Shown: positions 1-9,909, numbered from the stretch's first letter. The stretch is 39,279 nucleotides of DNA from an archaeon (GCA_043815885.1 JBDRIL010000030.1:1-39279), one strand, 5' to 3'. Made by a program: numbers and translations. The notes: generated by a model not told the origin, from the sequence alone.

Positions 1-1
1 G

Positions 2-637
2 GCACAGATGTATAGATTAATTAAATGGCATAAAAGGGCCTCAATCAGCAGCTCTATGCAGAGAAACCTTTCTATTGCATTAACTGAGTTAAGAAGAGTA
101 GCTTCTTACTTAAATATACCTGAATCATTGGTTGAAGCAGCTGCATTGCTTTACAGAAAAACAGTAAAGAAAGGCCTTATCAGGGGAAGGCTTATTGAAG
201 CAGTAGTGGCAGCTGTATTGTATACTGTTTGCAGGACATATCATGTTCCCAGGACACTTAATGAAATGGCTGAAGCTTCAGGATTAACTAAAAAAGAGAT
301 TGGAAGGACCTACAGATTCCTTGTGAGAGAGCTTAAATTGGATGTGCCTCTAACCAATCCAATCCACTACATTCCAAGGTTTGCTTCTGAACTGAATTTA
401 AGCGGTGAAGTACAGGAAGAAGGAAGAAAGATTCTGGAAGAAGCTATTGGAAATGGATTGATTTCCGGAAGAGGCCCTACTGGAGTTGCTGCAGCAGCAG
501 TATACATTGCCGGACTGCTTAAAGGCGAGAGGAGAACACAGAAAGAAGTAGCAAATGTTGCCGGAGTAACTGAAGTAACAATCCGAAACAGGTACAGGGA
601 ATTAAAGAAAAGACTGAATATTGAGGTTGTGGCTTAA
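2..637 (+). CDS. tfb: Transcription initiation factor IIB, C-terminal part (5' end lies outside the window)
   Basis: Frame is open from the window edge (AQMYRL..). Two cyclin repeats with [31 protein letters not shown] and [23 protein letters not shown] motifs. Confidence 0.97.
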   Translation, partial: AQMYRLIKWHKRASISSSMQRNLSIALTELRRVASYLNIPESLVEAAALLYRKTVKKGLIRGRLIEAVVAAVLYTVCRTYHVPRTLNEMAEASGLTKKEIGRTYRFLVRELKLDVPLTNPIHYIPRFASELNLSGEVQEEGRKILEEAIGNGLISGRGPTGVAAAAVYIAGLLKGERRTQKEVANVAGVTEVTIRNRYRELKKRLNIEVVA

Positions 638-710
638 CAGCCACTCTTTACTATTTTTTTTTATGAATCGTTATAAAACTTTGCAGAAAAAAAAGGGGTG
701 ACACAAAAAA

Positions 711-851
711 ATGAATGGATTTAACAGGGTAACAGACCTATTCAGAGACTTCGGCTCAAATTTCGGCTTTACTCCTAAGACTCCTGCAAGAACTGTAAGA
801 GTCACAGTAAAGGCAAAAAGAGCCAAGACTACTAAAAAGAAAAGGAAATAA
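711..851 (+). CDS. Small basic protein, 46 aa (MNGFNRVTDLFRDFGSNFGFTPKTPARTVRVTVKAKRAKTTKKKRK), below the ORF-track cutoff
   Basis: TATA-like TTATAAAA at 671-678, SD GGGGTGA at 695-701, ATG at 711. It fills the gap and stops 2 nt before the rpl35ae stop. Confidence 0.65.
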   Translation: MNGFNRVTDLFRDFGSNFGFTPKTPARTVRVTVKAKRAKTTKKKRK

Positions 852-853
852 AT

Positions 854-1159
854 TCAATTTCCTTCTTTCTCTTTCTTTTTTTTATTTTTAATTTTTCTAA
901 AATCAGATACATTTACCTTTGTTCCAATTGATTCTCCAGGCAGGCCTTTGGTGAATCGGGCAATTACTCTTCCATTGTTTCCATGCACTCGGGAAATTTT
1001 TCCTTTAATGCTTTTCCCGCTGGTGGTTTTCCATTCAACTTTTTTTCCCATCAAGGCAGAGGCTTTTTCTTTCGAATTAACTCCGTCTATTTCGATAATT
1101 AATTGATTCCCGTGCATTGTTCTTCTTCCTCTTCTGTAGCCTGAAATCATTGCTTTCAT
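854..1159 (-). CDS. rpl35ae: 50S ribosomal protein L35Ae (eL33)
   Basis: YRRGRRT..NQLIIEIDGV..GKISRVHGNNGRVIARF..GLPG motifs. Start reassigned to ATG 1159, which has a GGTGA SD at 1164-1168. Confidence 0.93.
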   Translation of the reverse strand: MKAMISGYRRGRRTMHGNQLIIEIDGVNSKEKASALMGKKVEWKTTSGKSIKGKISRVHGNNGRVIARFTKGLPGESIGTKVNVSDFRKIKNKKKKEKEGN

Positions 1160-1244
1160 TTTCTCACCAAAAAAAAACAGTATTAAAGATTTATCTTTAA
1201 AAAAGCTTTTTAAACTCAACTGTATTCCCTTTCATAAGATAGAG

Positions 1245-1910
1245 ATGTTAATTGCAGGGATAGATGAAGCAGGAAGAGGCCCTGTATTTGGGCCAATGGT
1301 ACTGGCGGTTGCATGTATTGAAAAGAAGGAAGAGGAAAAGCTGTTGGATTTAGGGGTAAAGGACTCAAAGCTTTTAAGTGCAAAGGAAAGAAATTCCTGT
1401 TTCAGGAAAATAAAGAAAACAGTGTGTGAATTAAATTCCACTCAGCTGGCTGCAGAGGAACTGGATTTATTGATGGACAGAAAGAGCCTGAATGAAATTG
1501 AGGCAATGAAAGTGGGTTTTCTCCTGAATAATTTGAAAGTAAAGCCTGAAGTTGTTTTTGTTGATGCTCCGGACAGAATTGAAGAGAATTTTGCGAAAAG
1601 GATAAAAAAATACTGTTCTTTTGATTGTATTATTAAGTCAGAACACAAGGCAGACAGCAGATATCCAATAGTTAGTGCTGCATCAATTATTGCAAAAGTA
1701 GAAAGAGACAAAGTAATCAGCAAGCTCGCAAAAAAATTTGGTTCAATTGGTTCTGGTTATCCTCATGATGAAGTTACAATAAGTTTTTTGCAGAAATGGG
1801 TGAAGGAAAAAAAGTGTCTTCCTCCGTTTTCAAGGAAAAACTGGAGTACTTCACAGAATGCATTGAATAAAGTGTTTCAGAAGAAAATGAATTTGTTTGT
1901 GGAAAGGTGA
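1245..1910 (+). CDS. rnhB: Ribonuclease HII
   Basis: GIDEAGRGP, DSKLL, VDA, SAASIIAKVERD and GSGYP motifs. Confidence 0.97.
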   Translation: MLIAGIDEAGRGPVFGPMVLAVACIEKKEEEKLLDLGVKDSKLLSAKERNSCFRKIKKTVCELNSTQLAAEELDLLMDRKSLNEIEAMKVGFLLNNLKVKPEVVFVDAPDRIEENFAKRIKKYCSFDCIIKSEHKADSRYPIVSAASIIAKVERDKVISKLAKKFGSIGSGYPHDEVTISFLQKWVKEKKCLPPFSRKNWSTSQNALNKVFQKKMNLFVER

Positions 1911-1916
1911 CAGGAA

Positions 1917-2402
1917 ATGGATAAAAAAAAGCGTGTAAGGTTTTCACTGGACTTTGACAAGATAGAGGAATTAGTGGACAGGATGGTGGAGAGCATGGCT
2001 GAAAAGCAGGCAAAAAAAGGCAAACCAAAAGGCCCTACAATAATGGGATTCAGCATTAACCTGGATTCAGGTAATGCTCCATTGCTTGATGAATTCTCTG
2101 AACTGGATGAACTGGAGGAAATGGATTTACTGGATGAAAAAAAAGTAGTAAAGAACTCTGAAACATTCTTGGTTAACACCATTAAGACTTCAAAGGAAGT
2201 TATTGTAACCTTACAGGTTCCTGCAGAAATAAGGGAAAGAGAACTGAAAATTAAGCCAATAGAGAACAAGGTAAAAATAATTTCTAATTCAAGAAAAAAT
2301 CGTTTCTATAAGGAAATAATTCTTGACGAAAGAATTAATTCAACTAAATTCAATTGGAATCTAAACAATGGAGTGCTTGAAATCAATTTAAGGAAGCACT
2401 GA
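1917..2402 (+). CDS. Hsp20/alpha-crystallin-like protein
   Basis: C-terminal FYKEIIL..NNGVLEINL motif, GP-I-GFSI N-terminal motif seen in archaeal sHSPs, AGGTGA SD. Confidence 0.75.
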   Translation: MDKKKRVRFSLDFDKIEELVDRMVESMAEKQAKKGKPKGPTIMGFSINLDSGNAPLLDEFSELDELEEMDLLDEKKVVKNSETFLVNTIKTSKEVIVTLQVPAEIRERELKIKPIENKVKIISNSRKNRFYKEIILDERINSTKFNWNLNNGVLEINLRKH

Positions 2403-2404
2403 TT

Positions 2405-2950
2405 TTATTCCTTTGAGAATTCGGGGTTTTCCTTTAACCTTACTGCGTCCTCTCCGAAGTACTGCAGGAATTTCTTTGTAGTTCTAATAATATAAGTTAA
2501 ACCGCTCTTTTCCCTTGAAATGAATCCATTTTCTCCCAATAACTTTATTTCTTCATAAGCTTTATTGGTTCTGAACTTAATTATCATTGACTGCTTTACT
2601 GGCTGTTTATAGGCAATGTAAGCTAATGTTTTCATTACTCCTTTATTGAAGTCAGTTGCTGCTGCCAGGTGGGCGATTTTTTCCTCTAACTCTCTCTTTA
2701 CCTGCATCTTGTATCCTTCAATTTCTTTTGTTATCTCTATTGCTGAATCCCTTTCCCTGTACTCTTCAATCAATCCAGCCATTATTCTTTCAATCAATCC
2801 AGGCCTGTTGCATTTAGTGGTCTTGGATATTTCTTCCACACTCAATGGATTCGAAGACATAAAAAGAGATGCTTCAATTACTCTCTTTATTTCCTCTATT
2901 CTTTCAGGTTTAATCTGGATTTCCTTTGATTCTTCTTCTTCCATTAACAC
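2405..2950 (-). CDS. scpB: SMC-Scp complex subunit ScpB
   Basis: IEASLF, TLAYIAYKQPV and TTKKFLQYFG motifs. Confidence 0.93.
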   Translation of the reverse strand: MLMEEEESKEIQIKPERIEEIKRVIEASLFMSSNPLSVEEISKTTKCNRPGLIERIMAGLIEEYRERDSAIEITKEIEGYKMQVKRELEEKIAHLAAATDFNKGVMKTLAYIAYKQPVKQSMIIKFRTNKAYEEIKLLGENGFISREKSGLTYIIRTTKKFLQYFGEDAVRLKENPEFSKE

Positions 2951-2998
2951 TCACTTCTGTGTAAAGATAAATTAGTGCTTGAAGGTATTTAAGCTTTT

Positions 2999-3091
2999 TT
3001 GTATACCGGAGGTATACAATTTTTTTTGATAAAACTCCCAATTTGAGTGGAACTCAAATGGGCCCCTTTGAATCCTTGGATTCAAATAGGG
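2999..3091. repeat. Three consecutive inverted repeats in the intergenic region upstream of scpB
   Basis: TTGTATACC-gga-GGTATACAA (2999-3019), ATTTGAGT-gga-ACTCAAAT flanked by CCC/GGG (3037-3062), TTTGAATCC-tt-GGATTCAAA flanked by CCC/GGG (3063-3091). Confidence 0.85.
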
Positions 3092-3095
3092 TTTG

Positions 3096-3623
3096 TTAAA
3101 AGTTTTTTTTATCTGTTTTACGGAAATTTAATGCAATTGCTCTTCCAATGAATCCTCCAAGCAATCCGATTGCAAAGTAAAACAATGCAATAAAAATAGT
3201 TCCGCTTAAAGTGGAAGTAATACTGATGTTCTTGAATTCCTGCAAAGTCATATCCTCAAATAACCCTAAACCTAATTCATTTACTTTATCGAATTCCTTT
3301 TCCCATCCAGCGTCATCCAGCATAAGCAACTGGATTGAAGAAAACCCAACTATAATTATCCCCGCAATAAGCAATCCAATTGCTGGGGCAAACAGTATTT
3401 CCTTGAATTCAATGGTCTTTCTTGTAATCAAATAACCTCCAATTATTGCAGGAATCAATGGAAGAAATAATACAATCATTCCAAACAGCATCAGCATTGG
3501 ACTAAATATCATTTCCTTGGTTAATTCTGGTTCAGGAATTAACTCCATTCCCATCATTAAAACAACAGTAAGAACTATTACAATCAATATTTCTTTCCAA
3601 TAATCTTTAATCATTTTTTTCAC
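3096..3623 (-). CDS. Hypothetical multi-pass membrane protein (about 4 TM)
   Basis: 175-aa ORF with four hydrophobic segments, non-overlapping, GTG start. Confidence 0.8.
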   Translation of the reverse strand: MKKMIKDYWKEILIVIVLTVVLMMGMELIPEPELTKEMIFSPMLMLFGMIVLFLPLIPAIIGGYLITRKTIEFKEILFAPAIGLLIAGIIIVGFSSIQLLMLDDAGWEKEFDKVNELGLGLFEDMTLQEFKNISITSTLSGTIFIALFYFAIGLLGGFIGRAIALNFRKTDKKNF

Positions 3624-3730
3624 CCTTTAAACTGAATAATATATGATTGATTGGAAATTCAATTAATAAATATTTCTCTATAATTGCATTATTTTCTATT
3701 TAAAAATCTTTTCAGGAGAATAATAGTATT

Positions 3731-4609
3731 ATGAAGCATAAAGACAGGGTATTGGTTAACAGGGGTCTTGCGAGGATGCTGAAGGGCGGAGTAATAATGG
3801 ATGTAGTTAATGAAAAGCATGCAGTGATTGCTGAAAAGGCGGGAGCAGTATCAGTGATGGCATTGGAAAGAATTCCTTCAGATATAAGGAAGGAAGGAAT
3901 TGTTGCAAGAATGAGTGACCCAGGAATGATTGAGAAAATAATGGATTCTGTTTCAATTCCAGTGATGGCAAAGGTAAGAATTGGGCATTTTGCTGAAGCA
4001 CAGGTACTTGAAGCAATTGGAGTGGATTTCATTGATGAAAGTGAAGTGCTGACTCCAGCTGATGGAAAATTCCATATAGATAAAATGAAGTTCAAGTCTC
4101 CTTTTGTTTGCGGGGCTACATATTTGGGAGAGGGAATGCGAAGAATAAATGAAGGAGCTTCAATGATCAGGACAAAAGGAGAGGCAGGAACAGGAAACAT
4201 CATTGAAGCAGTAAAGCATATAAGGACAATAAAGGAAGAAATTCTTGCCCTGAAAAAAATGAATTCAAAGGAATTGAATTCAGTTGCAAGAAAGGAAAGA
4301 GTGCCAATTGAATTAGTTAAAGAAATACGAAAAATGCAGAAGCTTCCGGTAGTGAATTTTGCTGCTGGAGGAATTGCTACTCCTGCTGATGCTTCTCTTG
4401 TAATGCAGTTGGGGGTTGAAGGAGTGTTTGTTGGTTCAGGAATCTTTAAGTCAAGCAATCCATTAAAGAGAGCAAAGGCAATAGTAAAGGCAACACATCA
4501 CTTTGATAAACCTGAAATAATAGCTAAGTTTTCTAAAAATCTTGGGGAAGCAATGAAAGGAACTGAATTATCTAATTTAAAGGAAAAATTCGCTGCAAGA
4601 GGATGGTAA
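3731..4609 (+). CDS. pdxS: Pyridoxal 5'-phosphate synthase, lyase subunit
   Basis: [29 protein letters not shown] and [12 protein letters not shown] motifs. Confidence 0.98.
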   Translation: MKHKDRVLVNRGLARMLKGGVIMDVVNEKHAVIAEKAGAVSVMALERIPSDIRKEGIVARMSDPGMIEKIMDSVSIPVMAKVRIGHFAEAQVLEAIGVDFIDESEVLTPADGKFHIDKMKFKSPFVCGATYLGEGMRRINEGASMIRTKGEAGTGNIIEAVKHIRTIKEEILALKKMNSKELNSVARKERVPIELVKEIRKMQKLPVVNFAAGGIATPADASLVMQLGVEGVFVGSGIFKSSNPLKRAKAIVKATHHFDKPEIIAKFSKNLGEAMKGTELSNLKEKFAARGW

Positions 4610-4613
4610 GAGA

Positions 4614-5177
4614 GTGAAGATAGGAGTTTTAGCCCTACAGGGCTCTGTTTCTGAGCATTTATCAATGCTGGGTAAATGCAATGCTGAAGCAATTGAAGTA
4701 AAGAGCAAAGAAGAATTGAAGGAAGTTAATGGATTGATTATTCCTGGAGGAGAGTCAACTACTCAGGGAAAGTTATTGCTTGAGACTGGATTGGGGAAAG
4801 AGATTAGGAGGAAAGCATTGAATGGAATGCCTGTAATGGGCACTTGTGCTGGAGCAATCCTTTTAGCAAAAAAAGTAACTGGATTGAATTACTTTAATCT
4901 GGGTTTAATGGATATTGAGGCAGTAAGGAATGGCTTTGGGAGACAGGTTGATTCATTCACAAGAGAATTAAATGTGAATGGAATCGGAAGAATGAAAGGA
5001 GTCTTTATTCGTGCCCCGAAAATCAGGGTAAATGGAAGCAAAGCAAAAATATTATGTAGAATTGGAATAGAACCAGTAATGCTTGAACAGGGAAACATTA
5101 TTGCTTGTTCCTTTCACCCGGAATTAACTGAAAACAAGAAAGTGCATCAATACTTTTTGGGAAAATGCAAAAAATAA
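4614..5177 (+). CDS. pdxT: PLP synthase, glutaminase subunit
   Basis: GVLALQG, PGGEST, GTCAG, FIRAP and FHPEL motifs; directly follows pdxS. Confidence 0.98.
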   Translation: MKIGVLALQGSVSEHLSMLGKCNAEAIEVKSKEELKEVNGLIIPGGESTTQGKLLLETGLGKEIRRKALNGMPVMGTCAGAILLAKKVTGLNYFNLGLMDIEAVRNGFGRQVDSFTRELNVNGIGRMKGVFIRAPKIRVNGSKAKILCRIGIEPVMLEQGNIIACSFHPELTENKKVHQYFLGKCKK

Positions 5178-5191
5178 AAAGTATTGAAGGC

Positions 5192-5911
5192 TTATGCCTT
5201 CAATTTGAATAGGTTTCTTGAGAGAATGTATCTGTAGTCAATGCTGACTATTTCTGCTGGAATTAAGTTCTCCAGTTTTGCTAATACTGTATTGAATGCA
5301 ATGAATGAAACTGAAATCCCTAAAGCGAAAAGGATTCTTTCCATTGCTGTTATTGGGATTAATGCAATCCATGCAGTTGCAGGCATTGGAATAGTGTAAA
5401 GCCATACAGTTGAACCTATTGCGTGGGCTGTAAAGGTTGCTCCTAGACTCCTGAAGAAAAGCCTTTTAGTGAATAATATAGTGGCTATTGGAATCAGCCA
5501 GTACAATGCATAGAACCATGCCTGGTTTCCGACTGGATGCATTACAAAGAAGAAAATGCATGCTAAGGGAATTACTGCCATTAATGCCTTTGATTTCACT
5601 TTTTTTCTTGCGTAAACTGCAAAGAATACTGCTGCAAACAGCATTGGAGTTAACCTGAATAAATTAACGAAGGAAAATGCTTTTCCTACTGCAATGAATT
5701 CAATTAACTCAGCCACTAGAACTGAAATAGCCCCTATTCCTGCTCCTAGAAAGCCTCCTGCTATTGGCCCAAAGAACTGGAAGAATGTGAAGTACTGTGC
5801 CTCACTTCCGATTACTGAAGAGAAATTCAGTTGTTTTCCAATCAAAACCAGTACTGAAAACAACAGAATAAACAGAATTCTTTTTTTTGAAAAAATATTT
5901 TTTAGATTCAT
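5192..5911 (-). CDS. Integral membrane protein resembling an ECF transporter S-component
   Basis: About 6-7 TM helices with FFGPIAGGFLG..G pattern. Start reassigned to ATG 5911 to avoid overlap with folC. Confidence 0.55.
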   Translation of the reverse strand: MNLKNIFSKKRILFILLFSVLVLIGKQLNFSSVIGSEAQYFTFFQFFGPIAGGFLGAGIGAISVLVAELIEFIAVGKAFSFVNLFRLTPMLFAAVFFAVYARKKVKSKALMAVIPLACIFFFVMHPVGNQAWFYALYWLIPIATILFTKRLFFRSLGATFTAHAIGSTVWLYTIPMPATAWIALIPITAMERILFALGISVSFIAFNTVLAKLENLIPAEIVSIDYRYILSRNLFKLKA

Positions 5912-5936
5912 ACTCTTATTATCCAGCAGAAAATAT

Positions 5937-7241
5937 TTAAATACCTTTCTTCGGGATTTTTCCTTTGGTTTCCCCCAAGAGATAAATGCTTCCGGTAACA
6001 AAAACAAAGTCATTTATTGAAGCAGAATTCAATGCATGATTAATTGCTTTGTTTACGTCAGGGATTACTTTTACCTCTTTCATGTACTTCCTTGCTTCTC
6101 TTTCAATCCTATCTGTATCCATTGCCCTGTGATGAGAGGATTTAGAAATAATGATTCTGTCTGCAAGGGGAAAGAGGATTGAAGCAATCTCTTTCAGATT
6201 CTTGTCCTTGGAAATACCGATTACCATAATTAATTTCCTTAAATTGAATCTTTTCCTGAATTCAATTAATGTTTTCCTTGAAGCATTTGCACCATGAGGA
6301 TTGTGCGTTACATCAAACACCACTAAAGGATTTTTTTTCTTTACCTCAAACCTTCCAGGCCAATCTACCTCCTTCAGACCATTTCTTATTGCTTTTTCAT
6401 TTATTTTTTCTTTCAGTAACTGCACTGCAAGAATTGAGGTACAGGCATTAATTGCCTCGTGTTCTCCAAGCAAAGGAATTCTTATACTGGGATAATTTTT
6501 TCCTTTTATTACTGCACTAAATTCCTGTTCCATTAAATTAAATTTTTTTATCCTGTACTTGCATAATTTTTTTACTTCAAACAACCTTGCTTTCTTTTCA
6601 CTGCATTTTTTCCTGAAAACACTTAGTACTTCTTTTTTTTCTTCTGCAGTCACAACCAATGAATTTTCCTTTATTATTCCCGCTTTTTCAAAAGCAATTT
6701 TTTGGATTGTATTTCCTAAATGTCTTTGGTGTTCCAATCCAATAGTGGTTATTACTGCTACTTCTGGATTGATTACATTTGTTGCATCAAGCCTTCCTCC
6801 CATCCCTACTTCAAATACTGCATAATCGACTTTCTTTTTCCTGAAATACTCAAAAGCAATTGCTGTAACTACCTCAAAGAAGGAAGGCCGGAATTTTTTA
6901 TTATTTTCCCTGTGCGCTTCAATTAATTCCTTTACTTTTTTTATTCCCTTAATTAATTCCTTTTCAGTAATTTTTTTTCCATTAACCTGAATCCTTTCCC
7001 TGAAATCATACAAGTGAGGAGAGGTATTCATTCCAGCCCTGAATCCTGCTTCTTTCAGAATGGACGAAATCATTGCTACTGTGGAACCTTTTCCGTTTGT
7101 TCCTGCAATATGGATTGTTTTATAGGAGAGCTGTGGATTTCCAAGAAGAGAGCATAAAATAGAAATATTTCTCAAGCCCAACCTTATGGGTTTCCTTTCA
7201 AGGGAAAAAAGATAACGTAAATAAAGGTTTCTTTCTTTCAT
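5937..7241 (-). CDS. folC: Folylpolyglutamate synthase / dihydrofolate synthase
   Basis: HIAGTNGKGST, TSPHL, FEVGMGGRLDATN, AFEKAGII, WPGRFE, D-x-x-HN and TGSIYL motifs. Likely start at ATG 7241. Confidence 0.96.
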   Translation of the reverse strand: MKERNLYLRYLFSLERKPIRLGLRNISILCSLLGNPQLSYKTIHIAGTNGKGSTVAMISSILKEAGFRAGMNTSPHLYDFRERIQVNGKKITEKELIKGIKKVKELIEAHRENNKKFRPSFFEVVTAIAFEYFRKKKVDYAVFEVGMGGRLDATNVINPEVAVITTIGLEHQRHLGNTIQKIAFEKAGIIKENSLVVTAEEKKEVLSVFRKKCSEKKARLFEVKKLCKYRIKKFNLMEQEFSAVIKGKNYPSIRIPLLGEHEAINACTSILAVQLLKEKINEKAIRNGLKEVDWPGRFEVKKKNPLVVFDVTHNPHGANASRKTLIEFRKRFNLRKLIMVIGISKDKNLKEIASILFPLADRIIISKSSHHRAMDTDRIEREARKYMKEVKVIPDVNKAINHALNSASINDFVFVTGSIYLLGETKGKIPKKGI

Positions 7242-7263
7242 AAAAAATTCTTTTTTTAATTTT

Positions 7264-7569
7264 TTAAAGGGGCGGTCCAAGGATCACTCCCCACTCTTCA
7301 TATACGCCGGGGAGAAATAAGATTACTAATATTCCAAATATAATTAAGAAAGCACTTAAAATTAAAATCAAGTACCAAGCAAAGTAAAATTCCTTTGGAT
7401 TTTCTTCTTTAGTCCCGCACACTGCTTTTATAGATGGCCAAGGGGCAATACAAATATAACCTCTTCTAAAACGATAATAAGAAACCAAAAAAATAAATGA
7501 ACCTAAAAAAACAAGCCCTCCTCCAAAAAAAAATGGAATTTGTTCTATCGTTAATTCTATCAAAGCCAT
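7264..7569 (-). CDS. Hypothetical 2-TM membrane protein between thyX and folC
   Basis: 101-aa ORF with two hydrophobic helices, co-oriented within the operon. Confidence 0.7.
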   Translation of the reverse strand: MALIELTIEQIPFFFGGGLVFLGSFIFLVSYYRFRRGYICIAPWPSIKAVCGTKEENPKEFYFAWYLILILSAFLIIFGILVILFLPGVYEEWGVILGPPL

Positions 7570-7577
7570 CTAATCAC

Positions 7578-9092
7578 TCATTTTATTCTTGAAGGCCCAA
7601 GGGATTTATCTACCTGCAAGTATTTTCCCAGAAGAGGCTGAACCGCATTTATTTTATCAAATAAATTCATTGCAAGTAATCTGTAGGAGAGGTGGCCTTC
7701 CCTGCCGCTTCTCAGCCTGATGAAATGAAATAATTCCCTTAAATTCCAGGTAAAGAGAGTTCTTTTTCTGTAAGCCAATGGAACAATGTATTGCGCTTCT
7801 ATGGGAAATTCCTTTGAGATTTTTTTGTAGGCCTTTTCTGCTTTCTCCATGCATTCAATGAACTTCTTCTCAAACCCTGCTTTTACTATTTCTTCTGGAG
7901 TGCTGTAGCCATTGCTTGTTGAAAGCAATTGTGTTGTCTGGGTGCATATCCTGTGCCTTTGAATGTCCCTGAAAGCACCGTAATCAATCAATATATCGAA
8001 AACATAATTCAGGTGCTCTAATTCTCTCAATGGCCTGTCATAAGGGCCTAATCTTTTGAGTGATTCATCAATTATTTTTTCCTTTTCTTTTTTACTCATT
8101 TTCCCAGCTTCTTCCTTTGCTTTATTGAATGAAACATTTGAATACTTGTACAAAAGAGCTGCAATTAATTTTTCTTCTGCATCTTCATCGAATTCAATTA
8201 ATTCAACTTCTTTCTTTTCTTCAGAATCAGTTAATCCCTGTTTTGAAATCACTTCCTCCAATGCTTTCTCTGTCTCCATTAAGTAAGGGTTTTTATCTGC
8301 AAACTTCACCAGTACTGGGATTATTTTCTTTACCTCTTCTTTTAGGGAAGAACCGATTTCCTGCATTTCCTCCAATGGACTTGAAAGGAATTTGCTTATA
8401 GCCCATTCAAGTGTTCTGGCATTTGCTGTCATTGCAAGGTTTGTGAGAGTTCCTGCCGGAAGAATATATCTCACTACATCACAGGCCCGGGCTTTGGTGG
8501 CAGAGTCATATGCCTTTTCGCTTTGTTCTTTTGGTTTAGGGAATTCCTTTTTCATGAATTCAATCATTCCAGGGATTATTTCTGCATAAACATCAAACAA
8601 GTAATTCATTGTCTCTTCATATAATCCAGCAAAAGAGGAATCCATTATCTTTTTTGGCTTATAGTATCTGTTCCTATCAAATATCTGGTAGCGGGTTGAT
8701 TTTTCTGTATAGGACGCTAACCTTACATCTTCAATTACCTTGCTTGCAATAATGGACACATTCTCAAATGCAATTGAAGCAACAGCATGCTCTGCAACAG
8801 AGCTATGGCCATAACCCACAACCCATTTCTCGTGAAAGGATTTAGCTTTCTCGCTTGCCTGAGAGAAATCTATGCCTTCACTTGAATAAGTTCCAATCAG
8901 TTTTCCTGCATCAAGCTCCTTTCCTTTCAGCAGTTTAAGCAGGTTGTCCCTGAAAGAATTAGGGTTTCGGCTCACATAAGCAAATAAAACAGCTACCACT
9001 TCAGGAGGAAGATTGTATACAAGATACACGTTTTTCTCCAGATCAGACACATGCCTTTTAAGAATCAATTCATCTTCCTTTGAATAATCCAT
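7578..9092 (-). CDS. thyX: FAD-dependent thymidylate synthase, two-domain (tandem Thy1) form
   Basis: GHSSVAEH, SYTEKSTRY, RYILP, second-domain FRDIQRHR and NLRELFHFIRLRS motifs; 504 aa. Confidence 0.93.
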   Translation of the reverse strand: MDYSKEDELILKRHVSDLEKNVYLVYNLPPEVVAVLFAYVSRNPNSFRDNLLKLLKGKELDAGKLIGTYSSEGIDFSQASEKAKSFHEKWVVGYGHSSVAEHAVASIAFENVSIIASKVIEDVRLASYTEKSTRYQIFDRNRYYKPKKIMDSSFAGLYEETMNYLFDVYAEIIPGMIEFMKKEFPKPKEQSEKAYDSATKARACDVVRYILPAGTLTNLAMTANARTLEWAISKFLSSPLEEMQEIGSSLKEEVKKIIPVLVKFADKNPYLMETEKALEEVISKQGLTDSEEKKEVELIEFDEDAEEKLIAALLYKYSNVSFNKAKEEAGKMSKKEKEKIIDESLKRLGPYDRPLRELEHLNYVFDILIDYGAFRDIQRHRICTQTTQLLSTSNGYSTPEEIVKAGFEKKFIECMEKAEKAYKKISKEFPIEAQYIVPLAYRKRTLFTWNLRELFHFIRLRSGREGHLSYRLLAMNLFDKINAVQPLLGKYLQVDKSLGPSRIK

Positions 9093-9207
9093 TTCCCCAC
9101 CCTTTCATAAGAATTAAATTGAAAAGAATTAAAAAAAGAACATTCAATTTCTTAAGCTTCCGCTCGATTTCTCGTAGAATTAATAAACTTTTCTTATTTT
9201 CTAGTTA

Positions 9208-9909
9208 ATGGAGAATGGAATGAAGGGAAAGGTAATTGTTTTTGAGGGAGTGGATGCTTCTGGAAAAGCTACCCAGAGCCAGTTGCTTCATGACAGAATG
9301 AGGCAGGAAGGCTACAGGGTAGAATTGATTGCTTTTCCGAGGTATAACGAATTCTTTGGCTCAATAATCGGAAAGTACTTGAGGGGGGATTTTGGGAAAA
9401 AGGAGGATTTGCCTGATGAATTCATTGCATTGCTTTTCTCAATTGACAGGTATCAGTTAAAGAAAGAAATAGAAAATGGATTGAATGGAGGAAATAATTA
9501 CGTTTTTGACAGATACTTTACCTCCAATTACGGTTTTTCTACTGCAAGAAAGGAAAACGAAAAAGAAAGAAATGAGCTCTTAAACTGGCTTAAGGAGCTT
9601 GAATCAAGAATGCCCCAGCCAGATTTAGTTGTTTTCCTTGACATGCCTTTGGAAGCAATAGGAGTCTTAATGCTTGGAGAGGACAGGAAGAAAAAAGAAG
9701 CATACAGGAAAGGACTGGAGAAAGATATTCACGAGGGAGACATGGAGTACCTGGATAGTGTGAGAAGGGTTTTCATGGAATTAAGCAAAAAAGAAAAAAA
9801 CTGGGCAAAGATTGACTGCACGAAATTTGAAGAACACAAAATGAAAATCCGAACAAAAGAAGAAATCCACGAGCAAATCTGGAAGAAGGTAAAGCCGATT
9901 CTTGGCTAG
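9208..9909 (+). CDS. tmk: Thymidylate kinase
   Basis: FEGVDASGKATQ P-loop, DRY motifs and PQPDLVVFLD; divergent from thyX. Confidence 0.93.
   Translation: MENGMKGKVIVFEGVDASGKATQSQLLHDRMRQEGYRVELIAFPRYNEFFGSIIGKYLRGDFGKKEDLPDEFIALLFSIDRYQLKKEIENGLNGGNNYVFDRYFTSNYGFSTARKENEKERNELLNWLKELESRMPQPDLVVFLDMPLEAIGVLMLGEDRKKKEAYRKGLEKDIHEGDMEYLDSVRRVFMELSKKEKNWAKIDCTKFEEHKMKIRTKEEIHEQIWKKVKPILG

Noticed and set aside
3037..3091. CRISPR mini-array or Xer dif site
   Set aside because: The two units abut with no spacer, there are no cas genes, and arm/spacer lengths do not fit the 11-6-11 dif layout.
3712..4458. Long antisense ORFs (for example 3712-4458, 13032-13556, 17337-17879, 28101-28613, 1877-2269)
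   Set aside because: They lie fully opposite well-supported genes and have the Ser/Phe/Ile-rich composition typical of shadow frames.
7264..7602. Similar C-termini of thyX (SLGPSR) and the downstream membrane gene (ILGPPL) as a second target duplication
   Set aside because: Only about 9 bp with a mismatch, which is compatible with chance.
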